Of a stretch of DNA of 64,000 nt, positions 36,047 to 48,059 are shown piece after piece. The notes under the pieces were generated by a model that saw nothing but the letters and a program-made list of their open reading frames with translations, made no database searches and was not told where the DNA came from. A program made the translations under genes and the position numbers. Where the stretch lies: contig BCKQ01000002.1 in the NCBI GenBank assembly GCA_001600695.1, positions 765,184-829,183 on the forward strand, read 5' to 3'. Numbering within the stretch: position 1 is the stretch's first letter; each line of letters opens with the position of its first letter. This DNA is from Ascoidea asiatica JCM 7603. Its lineage: Eukaryota > Fungi > Ascomycota.

Positions 36047-37357
36047 TAAGAAGACAAAAAATAGTTCGTTCTGCTTAGCAAATATTATAATACAGAGTAT
36101 TGTTGCGCTTATTATGGAGAGAAAGATTCCATACTTGGTTAGGACAGTTTCTTTTATTATACGGACACATTCGCCCAAGTATAGGACGGCCTAAAAATAA
36201 CAACCATAAAACTGGTCTCTAAAATAATTTTGGAATCAATTTTGCTAAGATTAGAGTTACACTTAACATTAAGGTTAAAGTTAACGTCCTCAACACAATC
36301 ATCAAATATTTTGTTTGCTATTTTGAAAGTTGATTAATTAAAAAAGTTTTTGTGTAAGTTGTATTATACTTTTTTTTAAAGAGCTCGAGAGCAATGATAA
36401 AAAAATATTAGTTTTGTTGCAACAGCATTATGTGCTGTGATAATCATAATGTATGTGCTCCTGCAAAATCCTCGGTTTAGATATAATCAATGATTTTTAA
36501 AATGGTATCTCGTATTTTTCCTTTTTTTGCTTAGCCATTCTCATCCAATTATTTTGTACTTCATGAATGTATTATCAATTTTAAAGTCTAATCTAGTTCA
36601 GTGAACTTGCGCTGAACTTGGGTCGTCTATTACCTAAAAGTTCCAAGAAAAAAGGAACTTTGGATATGTCTGTGCTTTCTTGAATTTGATTGCTAATTGG
36701 TCCATTTTTATTTAAGGGTTGGTTTTGATGATAATCTTCTGCAAGTTATGATATTTTTTATTTGAAATATGGACTCCGAATTCATTTCGTATTATTGGAC
36801 TTCTAGAAAAATAGAAAATTTTGATAACTACATAGCAGATAAGAAACAAACAGAGTTATTGAGGGCTTTCCTTCTTCAAAGTATAATGCACTCAAGAAAT
36901 ATTCCTATAAAAAATATATTTTCTACTATGATTCAATGCTAAAATCCTCGGTAGTCTTCTTTTGAATAATTCTACTTGTTCCATGAGTGCTTCTGGACTC
37001 TAACCCCACTAAAAAAAGTAAAAGTTTAGCTTGGCTTTATGCTTCCCTTTAACTATTCTGTATAATAATTTTGTTATTATATTACTGTACTACTATATTA
37101 TTGTAATTTGCAAAATTTCAGCTGTAATTTGATAATTCATTTTAAGTATTTTACCTCAATAAACTATGCTGAGATTTTGGGAAGGCAAATAATTTACAAA
37201 AATTCTAATTTCAATATAAATTGATGAGATGTGCTCAGTTTTCTGAAATTTAGCTCAATGAATACTAAGTATTAAATTATTTATTTTCCATACTAATTTT
37301 GAAAAATTTTTAAAAACATTTTAAAATTATCCACCTCTATATATTTATCTACCAATA

Positions 37358-37924
37358 ATGCCTTCAATTATTTTAAAATTTAAACCTAACATGGTTTCAA
37401 AAGTTTCTGGTAAAGGAATTTTAGATGATGATGTATCTGAAAGTAGTTTCAATGACAAATCTGCCAGAAGTTCAATTGTATCTTCTTCATCAGTATTTTC
37501 AAGAAATTTTTCCTCTAAATCCACTTTAGCTTCCAGTAGACGCACAAGTATAAGTTCTAATTCAAAGATAAGATCAAATTCAATTTCAAATTTTTCATTC
37601 AAAAAGTTAAAGCTTTTCCTTACTAAACACACCTCAGATGATGAATATCTTATAACAGATGATCATTTACTTCAAGATGAAAATCAGGTTTACTTTCCCT
37701 CGTTTGATATTACTACTGAAGAAAATGGTACTACTAATAGTAATAGGAGTAACGAATGTTTTATCGATAGTTATGATAACAGTTGCCCAGGTGATTTATG
37801 TTTGTCTTATACTTCAGAAAACAACAATAAAAACTTCGAATACGATAATGAAGATTTTATAATTCATGAAGGCCAGTTTTATGATCATGTTTTAATTAAT
37901 GATAAGTTTTCTATGTGGGTATGA
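37358..37924 (+). CDS. Hypothetical Ser-rich protein with an acidic C-terminal half
   Basis: 188-aa ATG ORF in good context; no family recognised. Confidence 0.6.
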   Translation: MPSIILKFKPNMVSKVSGKGILDDDVSESSFNDKSARSSIVSSSSVFSRNFSSKSTLASSRRTSISSNSKIRSNSISNFSFKKLKLFLTKHTSDDEYLITDDHLLQDENQVYFPSFDITTEENGTTNSNRSNECFIDSYDNSCPGDLCLSYTSENNNKNFEYDNEDFIIHEGQFYDHVLINDKFSMWV

Positions 37925-38514
37925 TAGAAAAATAAGTGAAAAGATGCTATATGGCTCATCTTTTTTATTGTTATAAATAGTTTTTTCAACTATCTATGGG
38001 TCAATTTTCTAAGTATTAATCAATATGAACTATTATATTTAGATTCAGATGGTGTTTCTCAATTTTGATTTTATTTTGTTTTTTTAGTTCAGGTTTGTTT
38101 AGGTTTGGTTTAGGTTTTTTTTTAGTTTTTTTTTAGGGTGGGCTGGTTCGTTTAGATTTATGTAGTTTTATATAAAGTGTTAATTATAATCTTTCTGTTA
38201 TGAGTTTTTGATATCGGGATGTAGTTGTAGACGTTTGATTGTTAGATTCAGTACAGTTATTCAAAGGTTCTATTGAGCATCTTTTATCTGGCAGTTTTTT
38301 TTTGCAAAACTGCTATCAATTTTTTTCTTGATTCGCAAATAGTTAATAAGAATAATTTTTATTACAAAGAAAAGGTTTTAATATATACTGTATTTACTTT
38401 ATAACCAAACATTAATTTTTTTTGTTTTCTTATAAAATAAGCGTATTATATTCAAGCTTTGAAAACAAAAATTCCATTTATTGAATATCAAAATCCAATA
38501 AGTGTTCATTATGC

Positions 38515-39123
38515 CTAATTCTTTACAAATCTTATATTTTTCCCATATTTCTGTTTTTTTTGGATTCTTGGTTTTCTTAGTTTCCTTCCATTAGGTCTTG
38601 GAGAGTATACTCTACAGTTCTTTGACAAAAATTTATTACTTTTTGCAATTTTGGAAGTATTGATTGTATTTTTGGTCATGCTAGAAGTTTTCATTAGTGA
38701 TTCATTTGGAATTGAAAATTGAAATTTTTTGTCAATTTTAGAAGGAAAAGTTACTAAACCTTGCAGCAGTTTCAATTCTCTTTCTACAATAAAAAGATAA
38801 TTCTTCCTTTGTTCTGATTGTTTAATATCATTTGTTTCTCTTGGAGAAATTGAGTTAACTTTATCTAAAATTGAAAGATTGCCGAAGTTTTCTAAGGTGA
38901 TATCATTTGGATTAATACTAAAACAGTCTTTATTGGTATCATTATTTTGAGTTAATGCTAGTGATGAATCGAATTCACTTGAATTATTTAGTTCGGAATT
39001 TGAAAAATCTATTTGATAATCTGGATTTAAGAGATCAGAAAAATTGAAAAACTCAGGATTTATAAGCAGCTGGTCAGAAGTATCATCAAAAGAAAGATAT
39101 TCAAGAATAGAATTTGGATTCAT
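38515..39123 (-). CDS. Hypothetical protein with acidic N-terminus and basic NLS-like C-terminus
   Basis: 202-aa ATG ORF in AAAA context; no family recognised. Confidence 0.6.
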   Translation of the reverse strand: MNPNSILEYLSFDDTSDQLLINPEFFNFSDLLNPDYQIDFSNSELNNSSEFDSSLALTQNNDTNKDCFSINPNDITLENFGNLSILDKVNSISPRETNDIKQSEQRKNYLFIVERELKLLQGLVTFPSKIDKKFQFSIPNESLMKTSSMTKNTINTSKIAKSNKFLSKNCRVYSPRPNGRKLRKPRIQKKQKYGKNIRFVKN

Positions 39124-40369
39124 TTTTTGATTTGAAAATATTTGAATTGTATAATTTTATAAAAAATATTGTTTCTGGAGTTAATTGATATAGAATTATA
39201 ATTAGTAAATGTAATTTATTTTCAATGAATTCAGTTATAATTGAAAAAAATTGAAAGGGTATTCTATTGCTTTTTATACTCTATTTGAAATTTTAAAATT
39301 AGAGTGTTGGGAGACAAAACTGATTTGAAATATAAAATTTAAAATTTGGTTTAAAGATTGAATCGTACATGTTCTGATATGATAATTACAAGAAAGATAA
39401 TTGAGTGAGTAAAAATAATTACATAAGTTCTCAAAATTGCAAATTTTTCAATTTCTACTGTTCTTATTAATAATATTTTTACTATTTTATATCTACTTTA
39501 GGAGAATAAATGTTGGGTTTTGCATAAATGTAGCCATAAGGTACTATATAATACAGTTGATAGACTATCTGCTCGTCTATCTGGAATGAAAAATCAGCGG
39601 CCGAGATAATTTTCTCGAGAAGATAATATCTAAAACCATGAAAAATTTATTTTTATCAGTTGCAAAATAAGTAGTTATCAGTAAATTTTGAATGTGCCTG
39701 AAGCACGACTGTGGTATTGTTAGAAATCTTTATTTTAGTTACTGCCAGTCTCTTCTGAAATTTCATTTTTGGCACCATATTTTTTGTGGGACATGATTTT
39801 TTGGGGCCCAAAACAATCAAATACATTCTAGAATTCAAAAATATTATAATCAATTGAGTTCGTCGAATAAACACTAAATAAAAGAAGGTGTATTCAGTGA
39901 ATTAAATTGAATTGCCAAATTAGGAAATCGGCTTAATTGATCTCTTCGATATATAAATATGCATGCATGCTGTGACGATACTGGAGAAAGCATGAACTAA
40001 CGTCTGGTCAAAGCTTCTGTGCAAGGAGGCAGCTTTGCTGTCTGCCTCTGACAGCTCTTTTGTCTCCGTATCTGGTGGCGGTATTTTCCTGCATGAATTT
40101 TAGCCGATGGTGCCAAACCAAAAACCAGAATCTCGGGTGCTTTTCTGTTGGACCACTTTAATGTTCCCTAAACAAAAAATGTAAACCATAATTCTTGAGA
40201 TATCTATTAAAGAGAAAAGAATTGTGGCTAGTAACAAATTTTAAGATTTTTAAAGAGCTTTCTTATTTTTTTTTAATTAACTTGAAAAACCTCAAAAGAA
40301 ACAGAAATTGGCAGATAATCTTTATTTGTTTGGATCAGTATTCTCAAAAACTGGAAGCTCAATTACAAT

Positions 40370-41692
40370 ATGGTTTTCAACAGAGGTGTTCCTTTTCCTA
40401 TAACTGATAAAATTATTTCATATCTTCCAATAGATAAAATATTTTTATTGACTTTATCTTCTACAAGTTCAATCGCAAACCTTTCAAGAAAATGGCTATT
40501 TCAAAGAATTAATTTACTTTTTTATGACACAAAAACTACAGGAAATCAACCAGTGAAATTCTGGAATCATGAAACAGGTTCAAAGGGCATTTTTAAATTA
40601 TGGTTAAATTGTTCTGATTATTCAACACTTGAATTATTGAAAATACAATCCCATTTTATAAAAAAATTAAATCTATATCTTTTTGATAGAACAAAAACTG
40701 AAAGCTTACTTAATTCAAATTTTAAATTAATTAGCTTTAATAATTTATCTTATTTAAATTTTAGTAATGCTTCAATCATTGAAATACCAAATTTATTTAA
40801 AAATTTCATTAATTTAAAATCTTTGAATTTAAGTCATAATAGTATCTTGCTTATTGAAAATTTATCTCCTTTGTTGAATTTAACTACATTAGATTTATCC
40901 TATAACAAAATTTCAATTTTAGTCAATCTAAATAGTTTGAAAAATTTAAAAAAACTTTATTTATCTTTCAATGATATATATGATTTATCTTCATTAGATA
41001 AACTAGAAAATTTAATGAAATCTTTAAATACTCTATTTTTAAATAATAATCAATTAAATTCCTTACCTCCCGTACTAACTCATTTCACTAACCTAAAACA
41101 TTTATCAATTGGATTTAATAAAAATTTATCAACTCTTAATAATATTCCAGATTCAATTGAATATATTTATATATTTGGTCACAAGATAAAGCAAGTTGAT
41201 ATTAATATTTTTAAGTCTACAAAAATCAATAAAAAACCAAAATTACTAATGAATATTAATGATTACAGTAGACTTGAAGATGTATCTAGTTTTGAGCAAC
41301 AACTTTATGTTGGAGGATTTTATGAAACTAATAGTCCATGTACCTTCACTAATTCTAAAGAAAAAAGTTTTAAAAAAAAAGATTCAGAATTATTAATTAG
41401 AAATTTGGAATTTTATAATATTGAAATTTTTTATTGTGGTCGTTGGTTGATGAATCAACCATATTTAGATTTATTAAAATACATTGAAGAAGGTGTACCA
41501 GGTATTTTTGATGAGGAACTGAATTATTCTGATGAGGCTTATGATGAGGCTAACTATGATTATGATGAGGCTAACTATGATTATGATGAGGGTAATTATG
41601 ATTATGATGAGGCTGATTATGATTATGATGATGATAATTATGATGGTCTTTATGGTCAAATTTATGGTTATACTGGTAATGATGATTATTGA
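40370..41692 (+). CDS. F-box-like / leucine-rich-repeat protein with acidic Tyr-Asp repeat tail
   Basis: N-terminal PFPITDKIISYLP..LFQRI; LxxLxLSxNxI repeats (LNLSHNSI, LDLSYNKI, LYLSFNDI, LFLNNNQL). Confidence 0.8.
   Translation: MVFNRGVPFPITDKIISYLPIDKIFLLTLSSTSSIANLSRKWLFQRINLLFYDTKTTGNQPVKFWNHETGSKGIFKLWLNCSDYSTLELLKIQSHFIKKLNLYLFDRTKTESLLNSNFKLISFNNLSYLNFSNASIIEIPNLFKNFINLKSLNLSHNSILLIENLSPLLNLTTLDLSYNKISILVNLNSLKNLKKLYLSFNDIYDLSSLDKLENLMKSLNTLFLNNNQLNSLPPVLTHFTNLKHLSIGFNKNLSTLNNIPDSIEYIYIFGHKIKQVDINIFKSTKINKKPKLLMNINDYSRLEDVSSFEQQLYVGGFYETNSPCTFTNSKEKSFKKKDSELLIRNLEFYNIEIFYCGRWLMNQPYLDLLKYIEEGVPGIFDEELNYSDEAYDEANYDYDEANYDYDEGNYDYDEADYDYDDDNYDGLYGQIYGYTGNDDY
41540..41644 (+). repeat. 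21-bp coding minisatellite x5 (TATGATGAGGCTAACTATGAT; YDEANYD)
   Basis: Five consecutive units visible, the first two identical. Confidence 0.9.
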
Positions 41693-42881
41693 TTTGTTAT
41701 GGGTGATTTCTGATCCTAAATTTCAGTTTTAGTTTAAATTTTCAATTTCTCATTTCTAGCTTGTAACGTCTAACCTCTTTTTTATTCATTTTCGTACTTC
41801 ATTGACTAAAATATAGTAAACATAATAAGTCTTAATATTATTAGGGTATGATTGTTGTAGAAAAGAGCTAACATCAAAAAAATTACGCTAGGCAATTAAT
41901 TATTAAAAATGAAGATGGTTCAATTGTCGAAGGATGGTTCAAATGAGTTGGATAAAATCAAGACTATCATTTTCGTGTTAATTTATCTGTTTGATTGAAT
42001 TTTTTTTCTTTGATTTAAGTTTATGACTAAATGTTAGTTTGATTCTTATGTACTGAAATAATATATATTTTTTACAAGATCTTATTTCATCTTGAGTATT
42101 TTAAAGATTAATTTTTCAGACAGTAGTAAAATTTTGTTTTAGATCTTCAAACTTGATAAGAGTTTCGTATCTTGAATGGTGCAAGAATTATATTTTAGTC
42201 TATTGATTGAAGTTTCATAAAGGGATAAAAAAAAAAGGGGTAGGAAAATATTAATACTGTATACAATCAGAATTCTTTCTTTGAATGTTCTTGTTTCTTG
42301 AATTATCAAATTCTGGAATTGAATTTGAAAAAAATAGTCTGACACTGAAAATTTTATCTGAAGTTGATAACCTTTTTCAACAAATTTTTCATCCAATTAA
42401 ACAGAATTTCTATTTGAGTCATATATTTAGTTTTAGTTTTGAATTAGTTCAATTGATTCACAAATACGAAAAACTCTTTAGGACCTGCTATAAAACATTC
42501 TTAAACGAAGCAACCTTTATTTTTTAGTAAAAAGAAATGAAATGAAATGAAATATTAACAAATTATATCACAATTAGGCCTAGATAATGAAAGTTGATCT
42601 TTTTATTTTCGCGTTTATTTAATTTCTATAACTTCAGATAGTCATGTGACTTTGCATGTGGCCAAATGTACCTTTTTATACATTTATCTACCTCTAAATA
42701 CTGACAATTCCGGGATCTTCCGGTTGGTTTTTGTGGTTCACTCAGGGCTCTATTTTAAATAGGTGGCGTATATTTTAACTGGTAAAATGTTGCTTCAATA
42801 TGCTAAAGTGAATTTGTTTAATTAAACTATTCTATATTTCTATTTACAGTTCAATAGTTTTTATTTAATACTATACAAAGA

Positions 42882-44732
42882 TTATGATAAAGGAATTCCC
42901 CTTTTGATAATTTTCGGTAGACCTTTTATCCAACTTTTATTTTCATTTTTATTCACAATTAAAAAGCATCTTCCACTTTGATTCATTCTTCCAATTCTTC
43001 CAGTTCTATGAAGTAAATCAATTGAAGTTTTTGGAACATCATATAATACTAAATTTTTTATATTATTAAAATTTACACCTCTTGCTAATAAATCAGTTGT
43101 TAATAAAATTTTCATTTTAATTGGTTTTTTCAATTCTGTATCTGATAAAGTTATATTATTATTAATTTCTGATAAATCTTCAATTTTTAATTCAGGGTTT
43201 AACTTCAATTTGTTTTCTAATCTTACATCATTAATTGTCCTTGCTGGATTTATGAAAAGTTTTAATTGACTTAATCTTTCTTCTATTGTATTACCTCCCA
43301 TTAAAGTTGTAACATCATGCCCATATTTTTCTCTTAAAATTCTACTTAAATCTTCAATTTCTGCTTTCTCATTAACAAAAATTATACATCTTTTTTCATA
43401 ATTTTTTTCAGTTCCATCCATATAAATTGCATAAAGACATTGTGCCAAAGCTCTTAATTTAGATCCATTATATGGAGTTATTGAAGAATCAATGATTCTA
43501 AATTGAATATTTCTAGGTAATTTATGTAAATTAGATGTTGCTATTGGTATTAATTTATCTATTCCAAACATTCTACTCATTGTTTTATTAAATTCAGAAG
43601 GTATTGTAGCTGAAACAAATACTAAATCTTTTAAATTTTTTTGTACTTTTAATGTTTTCATTGTTTCTGCAGACCAAGAAAGATCCATCAAAGTATCTGC
43701 TTCATCAACAATACAATAACGTATTGATGAAAATAATTGTTGAGGCTGAGTGATTGAATACATTTTGGAAATATAATTGAATCTATTTGGTGTAGTCACC
43801 AAAATATCTATTCTATTTAATGCTTCTTTAGTAGAACTAGTAAATCTGAAATTTGCAATAAAATCCGGAATTGGAATATTTGAATCAAGTTTAAATATAG
43901 ATAAATTTAAATCTTGAAATAAATTTTCTTTTAAATCTCTATAAACTTGATCAACTAATTCATGTGTTGGTAATAATATAACTGAATTTATTCTTGGATT
44001 TTTATCTGATCCACTCATTGAAAGTTGATCTTTTCTTAAATTATTTAATAATGGAATCAAATATGCCCAGGTTTTTCCAGATCCTGTTTCTGCAGCCATT
44101 GTATATATCTTTAACTGATTTGGATTTAATCTATCTTCTTTTAAAATTTCTTTAATTGCAGAAACTTGAATTGGTGTAGGTTTTATTATATCTTCTACTT
44201 CTAATTCATTTGTTTTTAATGCTGGTAAATTATAATTAATTATTGAACTTTTCATAATTCTATCCACACAAAATGAACGTACTTCTGGTAAAATCTTCAA
44301 TGCTTGAAAATTTGTTATTTTTTTAGTTAAATTCTCATTTTTATATTTAAGTTTAGAATCAACATCTTTTAAAAAATTTTTAGACCCAAATCCATATCCA
44401 TAACGTTGATCATGTTGTTCTGGTTTATGTTTATCATCCTTATTAGTTTTTTTAACAGGAGATTCTAATTTTGTTACTTTTCTTGTTTTAGATACTACTG
44501 GGCTAAATCCGGTTTTACCTGCAAACTCTTTTTTAGAATTTGATTTAAATTGAGGTTTCCTATTAAAAGATTTTCTGGAATCATTTTTTTTTGAATTAAA
44601 ATTATTTTTACTTGACTTTTTAAATCCACCTGATGAAGGTCTTGCATAACTATTACTACTTGTATAAGAAAGGTGTCGCAATGACGGTTTTAAAAGGCCA
44701 TTGGTATTTCGAGAAATAAAACTTAGAAACAT
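42882..44732 (-). CDS. MRH4: Mitochondrial DEAD-box RNA helicase
   Basis: PTPIQ, AAETGSGKTWAY, PTHELV, DEADT, SAT and HRTGRIGRM motifs; mitochondrial presequence. Confidence 0.92.
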   Translation of the reverse strand: MFLSFISRNTNGLLKPSLRHLSYTSSNSYARPSSGGFKKSSKNNFNSKKNDSRKSFNRKPQFKSNSKKEFAGKTGFSPVVSKTRKVTKLESPVKKTNKDDKHKPEQHDQRYGYGFGSKNFLKDVDSKLKYKNENLTKKITNFQALKILPEVRSFCVDRIMKSSIINYNLPALKTNELEVEDIIKPTPIQVSAIKEILKEDRLNPNQLKIYTMAAETGSGKTWAYLIPLLNNLRKDQLSMSGSDKNPRINSVILLPTHELVDQVYRDLKENLFQDLNLSIFKLDSNIPIPDFIANFRFTSSTKEALNRIDILVTTPNRFNYISKMYSITQPQQLFSSIRYCIVDEADTLMDLSWSAETMKTLKVQKNLKDLVFVSATIPSEFNKTMSRMFGIDKLIPIATSNLHKLPRNIQFRIIDSSITPYNGSKLRALAQCLYAIYMDGTEKNYEKRCIIFVNEKAEIEDLSRILREKYGHDVTTLMGGNTIEERLSQLKLFINPARTINDVRLENKLKLNPELKIEDLSEINNNITLSDTELKKPIKMKILLTTDLLARGVNFNNIKNLVLYDVPKTSIDLLHRTGRIGRMNQSGRCFLIVNKNENKSWIKGLPKIIKRGIPLS

Positions 44733-45958
44733 ATTTCAAATAAATTTAATTCATTTACACAGTCTTCAGTTTTAAAAATTATCCATTCTTCTTTTCAATT
44801 CTGATCTCAAAATAAGATTGTTTTCTATCAAATAAAATTTAATTTTTCATTTGGAAAAGGAATTATTCTAGTTCCGACCTTTACGGTTAAATTTATTCCT
44901 AAAATCAGCTGACTGAAAAGCAAATTATTATTCTGGGTACATTCCGGTTTATAGTACATTCCCTGATTATTGGAAGTGTCGAAAAAAAAAGTCCAGGCTT
45001 TGAGTTAAGAATAATAAAAGAAGTGATTCAATCTAATCAATGATTGTTAATCAATGAAAACAAAAAGACTTAATCCTAAAAAGAAAGAAGAACCTCAAGA
45101 GAATCAAGTAACTTCAATTTACTTTGGATTTTTGTTTTTAAAGAAGAATTGAAAGAAAAACTTTGATATAATGAAAAGCCTGTTTGTTTACAAGCGTGCA
45201 ATTTGAATAATAAATTAATTGAAAAGCAAGAAGTTGAAAAAGTATGAAACTGAATATATAAAAGAGAGAAAGAATATAAAAATTTGATATATGATGTCCT
45301 TTTTAGATTTAAATAAAACCCTTCATGATATGCTTACCAATTTTAGCCAATTCAACTTTTTTAAACATTGAACTAAAGAAATAAGTTTGAAAGCTATCTG
45401 GTAATACTGAAAATGACTAAAATTGAATCCAAAAAGCTTCTTTATTTTCCTTTACTTGGACTAATCTGACAACCTAATTTGTTTAATTTGATTGAAATTG
45501 TTTAAGAGTTTGTAATTAGTTTTTCATCAATGTTATTATTTATTAGTGATAAAAATTGATGACTTTGAGAAGGATCAAGCTTTGTAGAAGGCTTGGAGCC
45601 CTATTCTCGGGTTTATACGAGAGCTGGGATAATAGCCTAGGACTCTTACAGTGGGCTAACAAAATTAGCTTGAGCAAGAAGAACAAACTCCAATAGAACC
45701 GTGAGGCACTAATATTAGAGATTAGAGTCAAAAGGGAAAATAGCAAAATAGCAAAAAAAGGAAAGTTTGATATTAGACAAATTATTATCTGGGACTGTTA
45801 GTAGAAATACTCTTATTATTGTAGAGAATCATCTAATTGAAGAAGTTTTTATCAATATAAGTGAATCAGTGGAACAAACTGATTTCAGAATATTCATGGA
45901 TAACATTTATAGGATCAAAAATAAAAAGCGAACAAAGAAATTCTACCAGTTGCTATAG

Positions 45959-47047
45959 ATGAAATATTTTACATTTGGAATTGTGCTTTTATGTCTTTTA
46001 GAATGGGTTCATTCTTCTCCTGGTGATAAATTACAGGTTTTCAAAGATTGTGTTGAAGCTTGTAAAGATTTATCATGTGAGTTTCCTCCTGTTCGTGATC
46101 CAAATAATGAGTTTTCTCATTTAAGTTATTTTGATAAACCTCCATTACCATTACATTTAAAATTATTATTATGGGATTGTCCTTCAAGTTGTGATTTTCA
46201 ATGTCAAAAAATTATAAGTGAAATAAAAAGGTCAAGAAATGAAGAACAATATCAATTTCATGGAAAATGGTATTTTAGAAGAGTTTTAGGATGCCAAGAA
46301 TTCTTTAGTTCAATTTTTTCAATATTTAATTTTATAAGTCATTTTTGTGGTTATAAATTACTTCAAGATTATAGAAAGTCAAACAAAAAGTCCTTATCCC
46401 CTGAAATTACAAGATTAATCAATCGATATGTTTTTATTTCAATTGTTTCAATGCTTGCTTGGTTTTTTAGTACTATATTTCATATTAGAGATTTGAGTGT
46501 AACAGAAACTTTAGATTATTATTTTGCAGGTGGAACTGTTGTATCAATGTTTTATGCAATTACTGTAAGATGCTTCAAGTTATTCTTGAATGAAAATAAT
46601 AATAAATTAAAAAAGTTTACAACAATTTGTGCAATATTATATTCATGTCATATATTAAGATTAATTATAAATTGGGGATATAATTATAATATGAGATTTA
46701 ATATTATTATTGGACTTTTTCAATATTTTGAATCATTTTATCTTGGAATTACTACATTTAAAAAACATTGTGATGAAAATTATTTGAGAATAAATAAAGA
46801 TGGAAAAAAAAATAAGGTGAAGAAATATCAAATAACTAAAGAAAATTATTTTCATTTGATGCCAATTTTTTTAGTTATATGTGTGACGTGTGGAATGTCA
46901 TTTGAACTTTTTGATTTTTCTCCAATTTATGATCTTGTGGATGCTCATTCTATTTGGCATGCAACAACAGTTATACCTGGTTATGTTTGGTATAAGTGGA
47001 TGATATTTGATTGCAATAATATGAGAAGAAATAACAAAGAATCTTAA
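45959..47047 (+). CDS. PER1: GPI-anchor remodelling protein Per1/PGAP3
   Basis: SPGD, WDC...CDFQC, QFHGKW.F.R..G.QE, FHIRD, ELFDF and DAHSIWH motifs. Confidence 0.95.
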   Translation: MKYFTFGIVLLCLLEWVHSSPGDKLQVFKDCVEACKDLSCEFPPVRDPNNEFSHLSYFDKPPLPLHLKLLLWDCPSSCDFQCQKIISEIKRSRNEEQYQFHGKWYFRRVLGCQEFFSSIFSIFNFISHFCGYKLLQDYRKSNKKSLSPEITRLINRYVFISIVSMLAWFFSTIFHIRDLSVTETLDYYFAGGTVVSMFYAITVRCFKLFLNENNNKLKKFTTICAILYSCHILRLIINWGYNYNMRFNIIIGLFQYFESFYLGITTFKKHCDENYLRINKDGKKNKVKKYQITKENYFHLMPIFLVICVTCGMSFELFDFSPIYDLVDAHSIWHATTVIPGYVWYKWMIFDCNNMRRNNKES

Positions 47048-47567
47048 ATTTTTATCTCTTTTTATTTTTATTTTAAATTTTTATTCAAGTTTTATTCAAG
47101 TTTTATTCAATTTTTTGTTATATTTTTTTTTTTGGCTATCGTATTGTACAGTACTGTAGTGTAATATTCATATATTCGTAGCACTTTTTCGATATAAAAG
47201 TGAAACGGTGTTTAGGTGCTTAGTTATTTTTATCTCGAGTTAATTAAAATAGCTTAATTTAATACTTACTCGGATTAAAATTTCAAATAAATTTTCTTCA
47301 GATCGAAAGTGAAGCCATTTTTCAACTTATAGGAGATAAAGGAAAGAGGAGAAAGGAAATATTTATTAAGTTCAATATATTGAAATAATTAAGAATAATT
47401 ATAAAAGCCATTGAAACAAAATTAAATGATTTAAAGGAATAGATTCTAACTATTTAAAACACCAACAAAACCAGAATAGAAGCAAATAAGCAAAAAAAAG
47501 CAAACTTAAGTAACTAAAGGAATTAATGGAAATAGTATGAAATGAAATTATAACTTTTAAAAAAGAT

Positions 47568-48059
47568 TTAAAATCCATGGATTTTAATATTCTTTTTATC
47601 TAAACCAAGCTTTTCAGTTAAAAATTCGAGGACCTTAGCACGCTGGTCACCTTGTAATTGGATAACTTCTCCCAATTCTTTATCTTTAACGATATTACCA
47701 TTACAGGCAAAATCTTTTTTTAAAGCTTTTAAAATTCTTTTAAAGTCATAATCTTCTGATAAACCTTGAACAGTTGTTAATGTTTTACGACCATTACGTT
47801 GTTGAATACGAATATGAATGTAATTTCTTGGTTGAGTATCGTCGTCACCAGTATCGGCAAAAGGATCTTTATTTTAAAATATATTATTATTGTTAGTATT
47901 TTTATTTAATTTTAAAGAATTCTTGAAACATTTTAGAGTTTTTATTTTTTTATCATTACTAAAAGGACAACTAGCCAACTAGCCATCATTAATATAAAAA
48001 CCCAATAAAAGATAATATTAATACATACCAAAAGCTTTGAGGTTCTCAATAGAAGTCAT
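47568..48059 (-). CDS. SUI1: Translation initiation factor eIF1, 109 aa; exons 48059-48029 and 47866-47568
   Basis: Spliced translation MTSIENLKAFDPFADTG..YIHIRIQQRNGRKTLTTVQG..IQLQGDQR..IKIHGF; absent from the ORF track. Confidence 0.97.
47867..48028 (-). other. Spliceosomal intron of SUI1 (162 nt)
   Basis: 5' GTATGT at 48028, branch point TACTAAC at 47898-47892, 3' AAG ending at 47867; splicing restores the eIF1 frame. Confidence 0.93.

Noticed and set aside
41474-41732. Poly-Ile and Met-rich ORFs
   Set aside because: Alternative frames of the 21-bp coding repeat
42139-42527. 80-85 aa ORFs between the LRR gene and MRH4
   Set aside because: No motifs, overlap on opposite strands; cannot be supported as genes or pseudogenes
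42664-42685. Hairpin with CCTTTTTA loop resembling U5 snRNA loop 1
   Set aside because: Does not match the invariant GCCUUUUAC loop; no supporting U5 structure or Sm site
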